Shown: piece after piece, positions 30,705-44,734 of the stretch | How the letters are laid out: the number at the start of each line of letters is the position of its first letter | Numbering within the stretch: the first letter of the stretch is position 1 | From: the human T2T-CHM13v2.0 reference genome, Homo sapiens | DNA: 64,000 bases | NCBI GenBank assembly: GCA_009914755.4 | Contig: CP068257.2 | Coordinates: forward strand, 30,432,001-30,496,000 | Direction of reading: 5' to 3' | Translations under genes and position numbers: made by a program | Notes under the pieces: model-generated | The model's database searches: none | Seen by the model: the letters and a program-made list of their open reading frames with translations, nothing else | What the model was told of the DNA's origin: nothing

Positions 30705-31058
30705 TGTAGTAGCCTGTTTTCACGCCGCTGATAAAGACGTACTTGAGACTGGACAATTTACAAAAGAAAGAGGTTTAATGGACTTACAGCTCCATGTGGG
30801 TGGGGAAGCCTCACCATCATGGCGGGAGGCAAGGAGGAGCAAGCAATGTCTTACATGGATGGCAGCAGGCAAAGAGAGAGAGCTTGTGCACGGAAACTAC
30901 CCCTTATAAAGCCATCAGATTTCATGAGACTTATTCACTATCATGAGAACAGCACGGGAAAGATCTGCCCCATGATTCAATTACCTCCCACCAGGTCCCT
31001 CCCACAACATGTGGGAATTCAAGATGAGATTTGGGTGGGGACAGAGCCAAACCATGTC
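30705..31058 (-). mobile_element. THE1/MST-type solo LTR nested inside the older MLT1-like LTR
   Basis: 'tgtagtagcctgttttcacgccgctgataaagacgtacttgagactggacaatttacaaaagaaagaggtttaatggacttacagctccatgtgggtggggaagcctcaccatcatggcgggaggcaagg...ggaattcaagatgagatttgggtggggacagagccaaaccatgtca'. The ORF 30819..31142 is LTR-derived. Confidence 0.8.
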
Positions 31059-31144
31059 AGAGGGAGGCACAATTTAACCCAGAACACTTGGGATGATGAG
31101 GAGTATGAATTGGAAATGCCTGAGCCCCCTAAACTGGGCTAAGG

Positions 31145-31370
31145 AGACAATCCCTCCCTCTCTCCTACCCTTCCTCCTCTCCCTCCCTTTTTTCCCTTCC
31201 TCCCTTCCTCTGCTCCCTCCCTTCCTTCCTTCCCCTCTTCCTTCCTTCCCTCCCTCCCTTCCTTCCTTCCCTTACCCCTTCCTCTTATCCTTTCCCTTTC
31301 TTCTTTCCCTCCCTCTCTCCTGTCCCCTCTCTTCCTTCTTTCCATTACTCCTGCCCCCATGTCCTCTTCC
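31145..31370. repeat. Long polypyrimidine/polypurine tract (CTCC/TTCC/CCTT)n, ~225 bp; potential H-DNA former
   Basis: 'tccctccctctctcctacccttcctcctctccctcccttttttcccttcctcccttcctctgctccctcccttccttccttcccctcttccttccttccctccctcccttccttccttccc...' is almost exclusively C/T on the + strand. The ORFs 31093..31407 ('PLLPPFLPSPLPSFPPSLPS') and 31139..31414 (minus, 'GREGRKEEGKEGREG') are low-complexity artefacts. Confidence 0.9.
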
Positions 31371-33228
31371 CCTTCATCTGTCCATCTCCTTAGAAGTCTG
31401 CCAGTGAGGTGCACAGATGAGGAATGTCAGGCTGCCCAGGATGGCATCAGCCAGCTGACTGCTTGCAAGTGGCTCCATGGGCCCTAGAGAAGGGAGGAGG
31501 CCAGCCTCCTCAATCTGAATGCCCTTCTGCTTTATGAGCCTTGCCTCTGCTGCCATTTTTAGCAGCAGCTTAACTTGCAGGGATACTGCCCTGGTCCTCA
31601 GCTGCCATCCCAGACCTGCAGGCGATGCCTGGGCGCTCCCTCCCTGCTGTCACAGGACACTCACCACCCGCTGATAGCCAGCCTGCTTTTTTGACATTGT
31701 GAGGCATCTGCCTGGACAGCCAAGGACAATGCTGCAGTTTCTGTGGAAACCTGAGTGCCTGTAAGGACTCTAGTGGGGACTCTAACCCACCATTGGGCAG
31801 GCTCTGGGAGAGGCTAGAGAATGGTGGTCAACCACCTGAGTGAGGTCTGTCTGATCTGTGACCCGAGGGATGTCACTCACTCTGCAGCAAGGGGCCCTCT
31901 CTGGGCCTCAGCTTGCTTCTCCAGTGAGAAATTGCCAAGCCTGGCCACCTGCCTGAAATGAGGGTAAGAGGAGACAGAAGCAGCACGAACACAAACTAAC
32001 ACTTAAAGGGATTATCTTGTCAGTTGCATGGGACTTTCTTTTGCTGTCCATGGAGATAGCTGTAGGAAGAGGGATGGAAAGGTGGAGGAGGGAGTGGGGC
32101 CTGATTCTTTGATGTAGAGAGAGGTACAAGAAGAAGTAGAAGGCTTGGTTTCGATAAGAGGCATTTTAGATTTGGCCATCCCAGGGGCCCAGATGATGCA
32201 GTAGTGGAGGAAGCCAATCTTGGACTCCCTCTTCTCCTCAATTCTTCCCTGGGTCATGGTGCAGCTCAGGACCTCTGAAGGCTTTGGCTGCTCTCCGTGG
32301 AAGACTTTGGGACCAGTCAGCACATGGCCTATTGGCAGATTCACAAAGGGCATCTCCCATCTCACTCTGCTGTGCAAGTAAATGGTTATGAAGCCTTCAG
32401 AGGTGCCACAGAGAGGCCCCAGGGCTGAAGACCATGCATGAACTCTTTTAGCATGGAAAAACACTCACGAAGGCAGTTATTAGTTATAGCACCCTATTTA
32501 GAGACTTTATAAGACACAATTTTTGTTTTATCAATTTGTAGGAACATAGATCATTTACTGTTTGCTGACTATGGTTCTCCCATGAGGACCTCTCTCTCTC
32601 ATGCTTCCTTCTTCCTAGTAGTTATAGAACCACTCAGACTACATTTCCCAGTTTCCCCAGTGCCTAACCATGGTCATGTGACTAAATTCCAGCAAATGGG
32701 ATGCTATGGAAGTGACGTGTGTATAGCTGCCAGGGAAGCTGCTTGCCCTCCACATCTTTTATCAAGGCTAGAAGGTGAACTTGGGGTAATGAACCAGTCC
32801 TAATGAGGATGTAACCAAAGGGAACGGTAGAACAGTGAAATGAAAGGAAGTTGGATCCCTGTATGACCTGCCAGATCAGAGCAGCTGCCCTCCATCCTCT
32901 CTCCCGAAACTGCCCTGTTCAGCTCAAACTTTAAAGGAGAGAAAAATGAACATTCCATCTTGTTTAAGTCACTCTTATTTTCATCTCTGCTAAAGCAACT
33001 GAACCAACATATACAAACTGGATCAATAAGTAATTTGCGCTGTGATTTTGCTTACTATCATGCACATATATTGGTGTCCAAAAAACATGAGTGTGAAATC
33101 TTGTCAAAAGTTTGCTCACATGTTACCTGTTTTTTCCTGCCAACCAACACCACACACCACTTTCTCATAAAGGTCTTCTTAGATCCAGGAAGCTAACCCA
33201 GAACCCTTTAAAAATGATCATATTCTCT

Positions 33229-33545
<317 letters not shown>

Positions 33546-33878
33546 CACATCATATTCTCAAACAGCTAATAGAAAGGTCAATTCAGAGTGATTTACCTTC
33601 AGAGAGGGACCCTCAGAGAGAACCTTGTTTTGGGGAGTTGTAAGAAGCCCTGTAGGCTCTATGACCTTATATCTCAGATTTTTAGGACAATTCTAATTTA
33701 AACTATTCTGGCCCAGTTCCCACAAATGTATTTGTAAGTGTACTTGCCATGGTTTTTGTTGAGAAATGTGGTCGCAGTCCCTACGGGCCCCTCAGCTGAT
33801 TGTCATCCCTTCGTGTCATCTTGCCCTCTGGTCTTCCTCCTGCCAACTCAGGAAGGTCTAAACTCAGGGGACAGAGGA

Positions 33879-33946
33879 CTGCTCCCTCTGAGCTGCTCCC
33901 CCCGAGCTGCTTCCTCTGAGCTGCTCCCTCCGAGCTGCTCCCTCTG
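33879..33946. repeat. Minisatellite-like tandem repeat, 14-15 bp unit 'GAGCTGCTCCCTCY' x ~4.5
   Basis: 'gctccctctgagctgctccccccgagctgcttcctctgagctgctccctccgagctgctccctctggcc'. Confidence 0.85.
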
Positions 33947-35127
33947 GCCCCCTCTCTGACGGACTTTTTCTATTCTAGGAACTGTACCGCACTCATTCGT
34001 AGGGAAGCTTTTTTTTTTTTTTTTTTTTTTTTCCTTTTTGGAGAAGTTAAGCTTCTTTAGAGATTAAAGTTGGTTTCCTCTAGCTTCCTTACAAACTCAC
34101 AGTGTTAAAACTGGGTCATAGAGACATAGTTGTTCCATTTTCTAACCAGACAATAGCTTCAGGCAGTGCCAGAGTTCCCCTCCTCTCTGCCCCCTTTCTG
34201 GAGCCCCAGGAAGCCGCTGAGCAAGTCCCTCCTGCTGGGAGTGGACAGACCTCCTTTGCACCTGCCCTCCTCCCTGGGCCAAGGGCACTTGCCCTTGTCA
34301 CCAGCTTAAGCTGTCGCCTTTTCCTTTGTCTCTAATTTATGCTACTGGCCTCCAGGGGGCTCCCCTCTGCTCCCGCTTCCCTCTCCTTCCCTCCTCCCCC
34401 TAGGATGCATTCTAAACAAGGGCAAGGACATTTTTTGGGGTCATGGGGCTAGGGGTGGAATTTTTGTCTGTCCTCAAGGGCTTAATGCGTTGAGACTGTC
34501 ATAGATGGTATCATCATTCAAAAATATTTTCCGGCCCTTCCTGAAGGAGAGGATAGTTCCCTACCCCCTGCCCCCCACTGACATCAGATTTGACATTGTG
34601 ACTTGCTCTTGCCAAGAAATGCAAGCAGAAGTGATGTGACACATGTCACTTCCAGGAAAAAGCTTTAAGAGCTAGTGTGTGGTTTGCTGTGTGTCTTTTC
34701 TCTCTTCCACAAGATGGACAATGGTCCAGAAAGGGGCTGCTTCATCAGCCTGGATCCCAAAGAAGATAACATGAAGCAGGGATATAGTTGACCCATGACA
34801 GATGGGCAGCTTGAGCAAGAAATAAACCTCTCTGACTGTAAGTCATTGCAGGTTGGGCATGTTGTTATTGTAGCATAATCTAATCTGTCCTGACTATTTT
34901 AGAACATACATAGAAATGATCTCACACTCTTTTTCTATGAAGCTATGGTGAGTTGGGCTTGGGTTGGACATGCAAGGAGACTGCTGCATCATGAGAATAT
35001 AGTGTGGATAGATTAGTCTACCTCTGCTCTAGGCTTTAGAAAGAACCCCACCACTCCCCGCCCCCTACTCCACTCTCTTTTCTGGCCCTGGAATGACCTT
35101 AATGTTATCTGTTTCCATATGTACCTG

Positions 35128-35485
35128 TGTGTTAGTCTGTTTTCACGCTGCTGATAAAGACATACCTGAGACTGGGTAATTTATAAGGAAAAAGAGGTTT
35201 AATGGACTCACAGTTCCACGTGGCTGGGGAGGCCTCACAATCATGGCAGAAGGAGAAAGGCACGTCTTCCATGGCAGCAGACTACAGAGAACGAGAGCCA
35301 AGCAAAAGTGGAAACTCCTTATAAAACCATCAGATCTTGTGTGATTTATTCACTACCATGAGAACAGGATGAGGGAAACCACTCCCATGATTCAATTATC
35401 TCCACCTAGTTGCTCCCACATGTGAGAATTATGGGAGCTACAATTCAAGATGAGATTTGGTTGAAGACACAGCCAAACCATATCA
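35128..35485 (-). mobile_element. THE1/MST-type solo LTR
   Basis: 'tgtgttagtctgttttcacgctgctgataaagacatacctgagactgggtaatttataaggaaaaagaggtttaatggactcacagttccacgtggctggggaggcctcacaatcatggcagaagg...gagctacaattcaagatgagatttggttgaagacacagccaaaccatatca'. Confidence 0.85.
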
Positions 35486-35699
35486 GCCTATTTTTATCCC
35501 TGGTCCACCTTAAGGCAGGATGCAGTCTCTCTTCCCAGGCACCAGAAAGAGGCCATTGCATTAGAAGAACTGATGATAAATATTGATTTTACTGAAGATC
35601 TCACAGGGAAGATAGAATGTTTATATCATATCCTCAATGCCAACTGCCCATGCATGTCTGTAGCAGTTCTCCATGATACAATGAGCTCTGGAGCCAAAA

Positions 35700-36485
<786 letters not shown>

Positions 36486-37689
36486 TGAACTGAAGCTTCC
36501 CCACCACAATTGAGTCCCTTGTGTATCTGGGATCTGGCGTTCATGCCCTCCTCTCTCTCTTCCCTCCTACACTCCCCCTCCACCACCCCAACCACAAGCC
36601 CACATATCTCTAGCTCTCAACCATCCTACCTTGGAGACATTACTTGCAGAGAATAGCCTGCAATGCTGTGAAGTTCCCTCCCAGGGAGAAAGAGGTCATC
36701 TTGAGAACTTATATCCCACAGCCCCCAGTCTCCCATGCTGGGACCTTCTCACCTCTTCTGTCCTGGCAAGCAGCCAAGTGTGGCTCAGAGGCTGAGCAGA
36801 GGGAAAGATGTTGGCCCTTTGCTCCTCAGCATCAGTGGGCTTAAGTGCGGGCACAATCCAGACCTGGAGTGTTTGCATTTGAAGGCTTAGTTCTACTCGA
36901 ATGAAACTCTGGTTCAAGGCCTTCCAGGCCAATGAAAAATTCCAGCCAACTGAGACCAAGCAAATGTGGCTGTATCCACATATTCAGAGCCAGGCCTTGG
37001 GCAGGGCAGGTGACAAGGAGCATGTCATTTGGGGGAACCTAGCACTGAGTGAAATCATCACAGTTAATTCTTTACTAGCTGTGTCAGAATTTCGGCTCAT
37101 TTTAATCTTGGTGTTCAATGAACACCCTGAGGTCTTCCTCATGAGTCCCCTGCATTCTGATGAAATTGCCTTTAGTGTCTTAGGAGGCCGTGTGGTTCAG
37201 AGCATGGGTGTGGAGTTGAGAGATGTCCATTCCACTCCAGGTTTCACCCTAAAAAGCAGTGTGAGGTGGAACGAGTTATTCTGAGGCTCAATTTTTTCAT
37301 CTATAAAATGATCATTATTATTATCACCGTCACCATCATAATCATCAATTGCCCTGCCCCCTGCCTCACAGTCTTACTAGGGTTCAACAGGATAAGCTAT
37401 GTAAAATGTTCGGCCCAGGGCCTGGGACCTGTTTTTCCTGCTTCTGCTGTTGTTATTGTTACTATTATTATTGTTTCAGGTCACCTGGCCCTCCAGGGCC
37501 TCTTTGTAACTCTTATAAAATGATCTCTGACACTCTGAGCCTGTTTTTATTTGGAATCTTAGGGGAAAAAAGCATTTGTGAGGTCCAGGATTTAATCTTG
37601 TTTGTCCTCGGGGCATGTGGCTATTAACAAGGGTTGTTTACGGAGGGTCTGTCCATCCTGCTGAGCTTGTGTGATCCTCACAGTGGCCC

Positions 37690-37810
37690 TGCAAGGTCAG
37701 CATTATTATTTCCATTTCATGAATGAAGAAGAGGCCCAGGGAGGTTGAAACACTTGCTCAAATTCACACATCCAGAAAGGAGCAGGATTGGAGTAGGAAC
37801 CTGCGTCTGA
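37690..37810 (-). mobile_element. MIR SINE fragment
   Basis: 'ccatttcatgaatgaagaagaggcccagggaggttgaaacacttgctcaaattcacacatccagaaaggagcaggattggagtaggaacctg'. Confidence 0.5.
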
Positions 37811-37904
37811 TTCATTTTGCAAACACTTTTCTAGCACTTTCTATGCTCCTAGCACTGTTTCAAGTACTTTTTAAATAAGAATTAATTGATGTCATCCTCT
37901 TAAC

Positions 37905-38020
37905 AACCCTATGAGGTAGGTGCCGTGACTGCCCCCTTGTGTAGATGAGGAAACTAAGGCACAAAGAGGTTAAGCCACTTGCCCAAAGTCACACAGGTTT
38001 GCATGGCAGTGACAAATTCA
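37905..38020 (-). mobile_element. MIR SINE fragment
   Basis: 'ccctatgaggtaggtgccgtgactgcccccttgtgtagatgaggaaactaaggcacaaagaggttaagccacttgcccaaagtcacacagg'. Confidence 0.55.
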
Positions 38021-39815
38021 CTTCGGCAGCCTGGCCCCAGCTGCCCCTCAAGGCTGTTCTTTCCCATACACGTCACTGTCTCTCACAGGGCTCCCGCTTT
38101 TTCAGTGGGTACATAAGCCTGCCTTCCTGGCACAGACATAGACCCCCTTCCCTGGTCCCCTTCGAGCCTCTTAAAAGGGGAGCCGCTGTTCTGCATTCAT
38201 CCTCCATGACCGTGGCCTCTTCTGCTTCCTCCTCAGAAGCCAGTGGGTTTGTTCTGCAAATTGCTAGTCAGAGGAGGCCAGGCATTGTTTAGGCTGCTGG
38301 TGGTGAGGGTCAGTGCCAGCTACTGGACCAGAGCCAGACCTGCCCCCGTGCCAAACCCACCGCAGGGAGGCCTGCTGCACCTCCTCCTGGGAGGTCTCCC
38401 TAGGGCATCACCTGAGAGCATGCAAAACAAAAGCCACACAACCAAACCATTTTTCCAAGGAGGGCCTGCTTGCCCAACACAGTAAAATCCAACTCCTATT
38501 GGCCTGTATTCCAGTAGATGCATTCAGTGTGTCCCTTGGCAAAATAATGTGGTAATTGCTGTAAGAGACTGCCCGCTGCCTTCCCCAGTGGATGCTCTAT
38601 CCTTCACCAGTGCTCATGAGCATTTGTGGAGGGGTCCTCTTCCATGGCCAGCCAACAGCCCCACTTCTGCACCCTGGCTCATACCATTCAGAGTCTGCAC
38701 CCTGGACTGACTTAGACTAGCAAAAGATTTTAATCAACTGGTTCCATCTCCCCAGCCCACACGGATATCTGGGGACTCCTAAAAACACCATCTCTGCCTG
38801 AAGAAATTTCCCTAGCATCTGCTAAAGCAGGCTAGCAAAGAGGAATGGGGGCTTACTCCATCTTTTAACAAATTGACTTATTAGGAAGCGTTCTCACATC
38901 CTGAGTCAAATCTACTGTATTAAAATTTTCTCCCATTCTCTTCGTGCATGTTCTGGAGTAACAAGATCAAGACTGCTTTCTCCTCTACATGACAGCCCTT
39001 TAATATTTAAAAGCAGCTGTTCTTTTTCTTCAGTCTCTAATTCCCTAGGCTAAATATATCCAGTTCTTCCATCTGTTATTCCAACAGGATGGTTCAGAAT
39101 TCCTCACCATTCGGGCTGTCCTGATAGGAGAACTCTCAAGATTGCCAATATCCCCTTTAAAATGAGGCCCCAGGAACTGAACCCACTGTCAGAGCTGACT
39201 GTCATCTGAGTTCCCTGGGCGTGAGCTGCATTTATTTTCCTTAAGAGCCAGGTTGCCCGGTTGGCTCACTCCAATCTGCTCTTCTCACATAAGCTGCTGC
39301 TGGTTATGTTTCTCCCACATTCTAAACTTGGACAAGAGAGTTTTTAGATCTAAATGCAGGCTTTTATATTGATGACTATTTAAAATCCTCTTAATCCCTT
39401 TTAAAGGAAATTCTAGTCAAATTCAACATGTTCCCATATCAACGGCATTATTCTATCTTTTCCACTTCATATTATCTTCAAATCTAAAAAAAAATTTCCC
39501 TTCACACATTTGCCCAAGAAAAATATTGAAAAATTCTGCCAGAGCACCTGGGTTACCCACTGAAGAGAATTCTCCAGAAGAAGGTCAACTGAAGAGATGG
39601 CCTGCCATGCTAATCATAAACAAATTCTAAGCAGATGGCTTGGAAATTCGTTAGAAAATGGATGATGTGATCACCATCAGTCAATCAGCTGGTTAATTCA
39701 ACCAGCTATTAATACTCTGAATAACATTCCATCTCACCCACAAACGTATCATGGTAGACTTTGTCAAATGCCTCATGGAAATCAAATCATGTCAAGGATC
39801 AGTCTCCTGACTTTA

Positions 39816-40214
<399 letters not shown>

Positions 40215-43200
40215 TCATTTGTCCACAAACCATCTGTTTCCTACTCAAGTCCAATGGGAGTATTTTATCCCCTTGCCCCATTGATTGAGTCAGAGATGGG
40301 CATGACTCAAGCCAGAAGAATCAGAGTCAATCCAGAAACTTGTACTGGAACTATTTGGAAAGAATCTTCTTTCCACTGAAATTGCTAAGGTTGGAGGATA
40401 TAAGCCTGGGGATGTCAAGAGCCATCACATGAGATGGCTGAGAAGGGAGTCAATAGAGAAGCTAGCAGAGAAACTGGCTGGGATGCTACTAAGTCCTCAT
40501 GGTGATATCTGACACCTGATCTAAATGTGCCTGAAAATAGAACCCCCATTTGGATTTTTCAGTTACAGGAGCCAATAATTCCCCCATTTTTGCCAAGCCT
40601 CAATCTTTTTGAAATTTGCATCTAGGCCATTTTTTCAACCCCTGCCCCAAATATATCCATAGCTGTCCCTCTAAGCACGGCTTCAGCTTCCACAAGCTCC
40701 AATATGTCACAACTTCATTAATTTTTAGTTCAGTATATTTTCTAATGTCCATGGGGATTTCTTATTAGACCCATGGATTATTTAGAAGGGTGCTGCTTAA
40801 TTTCCAAGCATCTAGGGCTTTTCTAGATATCTTTTGTTATTATTTCCAGGGCTCACCGGTCTGTAAATATATGCACAGGATCTCATTTCCCTTGAGGTCT
40901 TCCTCAGTGAGGATTCTGCGGACTCCACATGGGTATCTTCCTTATGGTTCCTCATGTGATCATGACAGAGTTCATCTCCTCAGTGCCACCTTGGTCCCAC
41001 CACATCCTTCTCAGATTTTCAGTATAGTGTGGTATTTGCTATCTCCCTTGGAAGCAAGGCCTCTGGAGCCCTCTAAATGTAAAGCTGCACCTCATTTAAT
41101 AGTGGAGGGAGAAGAATGTCCTTAGTAGACATATTTAGTTTGTCCATCCAGCAGCTCTTCCTTGGAGGAACTATGCTTCCTCTCTTCCATATAGTTCTAG
41201 TGGGTTTGTCAATCACTGTAAAGCCCCTCCCCACCACACATGCAGAAATGGGCATGTGACTCAAAATGGCCAATCAGAGTTTTCCTTAGGAATTTTCTGC
41301 CCAGCTATCAAAGAAGACTGTCTTTTTCAACTGCAAGGTTATGTGTGGAGGGTTTCTAGGGGCCACCGTCACAGCCCATCAGAAAGGTCTGCAGAAGAAA
41401 TAAAGTCAAATTGAGACAAGCAAAGCTGAGAAACAAAAGGTAAGATAGAAAAGAAACCTGCTAACATTGTTAGAGCCTTCCATCCACTGGAAACTTGAAC
41501 CTCTCCTATGCTTTCCACTTTCATGAACTTGCAAGTTTCCCTTTGGCTTGTTTTAACTTGGGCAGTGGTCTGTCACATAAATCCAAAAGAGCCCTATATT
41601 GCTTGTAAAGGGTTGAATGGTGGCCCCCCAAAATGTATGTCTATGTTCTAATCCCCAGAACCTCTGAATGCGTCCTTATTTGGAAAAAGGGTATTTGCAG
41701 ATGGAATTAAGTTAAGCATCTGGAGATGAGATCATCCTGAATTACCTGAGTTGACCCTAAGTCCAATGGCAAGTATCCTTATAAGAGACACACAGGAGAG
41801 ACAGGGGAAGACGGCCGGGTGAAGATGGAGGCAGAGACTGGAGTTATGCAGCCACAAGCCTAGGAACACTGGCATCTGTCAAGTTGGAAGGGGCAAAGAA
41901 CAATATCTCCCTTAGAGCCTCCTGAGGGAGTGCAGCTCTGCCGACACCTTGACTCCTGGCCTCCAGAACTATGAGAGAACAAATTTCTATTGTTTGAAGC
42001 CCCCAAGTCTGTGGGAATTTGTCAGCAGCCTCAGGAAACTAACACGTTGTTCCACTTTTGTATCAGCTGAGGGGAGGGTTATTTGGCCCTGATGTCTTCT
42101 GAGGCAGACTGGTACCTGTCCGTGGCCTGTTATGAACCAGGGCTGCACAGCAGGAAGTGAGCAGTGGGTGAGCAAGTGAAGCTTCATCTGTATTTACAGC
42201 CACTCTTCATCACTCACATCACTGCCTGAGCTCTGCTTCCTGTCAGATTAGCAGCATTAGATTCTCACGGGAGCACGAACCCTATTGTGAACTGTGCATG
42301 CGAGGGATTTAGGTTGCACGCTCCTTATGAGAATCTAATGCCTGATGATCTGTCACTGTCTCCCATCACCCCCAGATGAAACCGTCTAGTTTCAGGAAAA
42401 CAAGCTCAAGCTCCCATTGATTCTACATTATGACGAGTTGTGTAATTGTTTCATTATATATTACAATGTACTAATATTAGAAATAAAGTGCGCAATAAAT
42501 ATAAGGCACTTGAATCATCCTGAAACCATTCGCCCCCAACCCCTGGTCCATGGAAAAATTGTCTTCCATGAAACCAGTCCCTGGTGCCAAAAAGGTTGGG
42601 GACTGCTGTTCTAAGGCTTCAGATAATAAAGACGGATACGGGACATACCACGCTATATTCCAGATTCCCTATCCGCTCTGACAACCAGTTTCCTAGCTGG
42701 CTTGGTGTGGGCATGCCTACCACGTTCTTCACTCAGAATGAGTTATCTCCTGGGAGATATCACAATCCCCTTACAAATGGACTCCTGATGAGTCCATCAC
42801 CTGTCACACACACACACTTTGCCATAGGGTAATGTTAATATCTCAAGCATTAGAGTCAGTGAGGCCAAAATTAGAATTCTACATCTGCTAATTCCTGTGA
42901 GACAGTGGAGACAAATTGGTTTACATTTCCAGGTCCCAACTTTCTCAGCTTGCAAATTAGGAATCTCTAGCTCACAGGGTATTATAAATGTTAGGTAATC
43001 CACACAAAGCACAGAGCAGTCCATGGTCCATCTTCTCAGCAAATGCAAGCTAGGGTATGTTGCTAGATATTTTTAAAACCTGGCTTTGGGCTTTTTTCAG
43101 ATATTGAGCAGCAATATGTTCAGGAAAGGTGTACGAAGCTTCATTGGGGTGAGTCATGATTTGCAAAGGATGGTTTAGGATTGGGCATAGGATCTCGTTT

Positions 43201-43594
43201 GGGCCAATGAGATGAGAGGGGAAATTTTTGCTGGGCTTTTCTGGGGAAAAATAATTTTAAAAAATTAGACACACAAAGAGACACCCACTCAGACTTTGTG
43301 TTTTGGACGCTGTGATGTGAAGATACAGTGCATAGAGTGCTGGCAGCCATCCTGTGGCCATGAGGCAAAAGCCCAGAAAATTTCAGTGAGCAGTCATAGA
43401 GCCTTGATATCAATAAGCTGCTAAATTCACCGATTCTGCAAATCTAGGCCTCCAGAACTCTTAATGTGTGAGGTCATGAACTCCGAATGTCTATGCCACT
43501 TTTGCAGCTGATAGCCTCCTGAAATGTTCCTCAAGGACTTTGTGTGTTGTACAGTTGTTTTTGTTAGTGATGCAGTGTTTTTAGGCTAAGCGAG

Positions 43595-43955
43595 TGTATT
43601 AGTCTGTTCTCACGCTGCTAATAAAGACATACTCGAGACTGGATACTTTATAAAGAAAAAGAGGTTTAATGGACTCACAGTTGCATGAGGCTGGGAGGCC
43701 TCACAATCATGGTGGAAGGTGAAAGGCACATCTTACATGACAGCAGGCAAGACAGAATGAGAGCCAAGCAAAAAGGGTTTCCCTTTATAAAACCATCAGA
43801 TCTCGTGAGACTTATTCCCCACCATGAGAACAGTGTCGGGGAAACCATCCTAATGATTCAATTATCTCCCACTGGGTCCCTCCCACAACACGTGGAAATT
43901 ATAGGAGCTACAGTTCAAGATGAGATTTGGGTGGGGATGCAGCCAAACCATATCA
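43595..43955 (-). mobile_element. THE1/MST-type solo LTR
   Basis: 'tgtattagtctgttctcacgctgctaataaagacatactcgagactggatactttataaagaaaaagaggtttaatggactcacagttgcatgaggctgggaggcctcacaatcatggtggaaggtgaaagg...gagctacagttcaagatgagatttgggtggggatgcagccaaaccatatca'. The ORF 43685..43984 is LTR-derived. Confidence 0.85.
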
Positions 43956-44734
43956 GTGAGCAACACCTTAAAGTGGTTTCATGACACCTATTACCATTTA
44001 TGATTCTCTCCTCAGTGTAAAACCAAATAAAGTTTCATCCTCAGGGTTCTGCCTTCTGTTGCAACATTTTCACATCACCTGGGGAAAAACACCCTTTTTA
44101 ACCAAATTTATTTGCCCCACAAATCTCAACACATGGGTGATCAATGTCAGCATTGGAAATGTTTTTCACATTAAAATTCAAGCACAACATTTGCTCCATC
44201 TGGGGACAGAGTGAGCAGGTAAACAACTTTGAAAACTATGTACCATGTGAGATACAGGGGCTTGGGTGTCTGGACCCTGAATCCTGTTCAGCTCTGACAG
44301 TGAGCTTTGTTTCATTTGTTTTCACTCTCCCCTACATTAGTTCTCTTGAACAGCGGCCAGGTTCTTCCTTCCTCCTCTCAGCAACAGGCAGGCCTCCCTG
44401 AAAGAGCTCAAGATCCAGGCTGCGGGGTGACTAATAGTCACTAATTTAAAGAGGAGAATCCTCTTGCTCTTTGGTGCATAAATTCTGTCTACTCTGCCTA
44501 ATGCAATCACTAAGGGGTCACTCTCCCTGCCTCCTAGGAAAACACAAGGAATATGTTCTACTAGAGTAACAGTTAACCCTTAACAGCCACATCGAATATT
44601 AAGAGGGTTTAAACTAAAGGATGCTACGGCACAAATGCCAACTTTTCAGAGAACCCTTCCCTTGACCACATAATTACAAAAGAACTCTGATCATTCTCTG
44701 GTTCCTTACCTGACCCTTTTCTGAAGTCACATTT

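Noticed and set aside
31093-31414. 104-aa '+' ORF (PLLPPFLPSPLPSFPPSLPS...) and 91-aa '-' ORF (GREGRKEEGKEGREG...) as proline-rich / charged-repeat proteins
   Set aside because: They are pure translations of the ~225 bp polypyrimidine/polypurine tract and are low-complexity artefacts. The same applies to the '[13 protein letters not shown]' ORFs at 18396..18590 and 21696..21980, and to the 'IYLSIYLSIY' ORF at 53440..53793.
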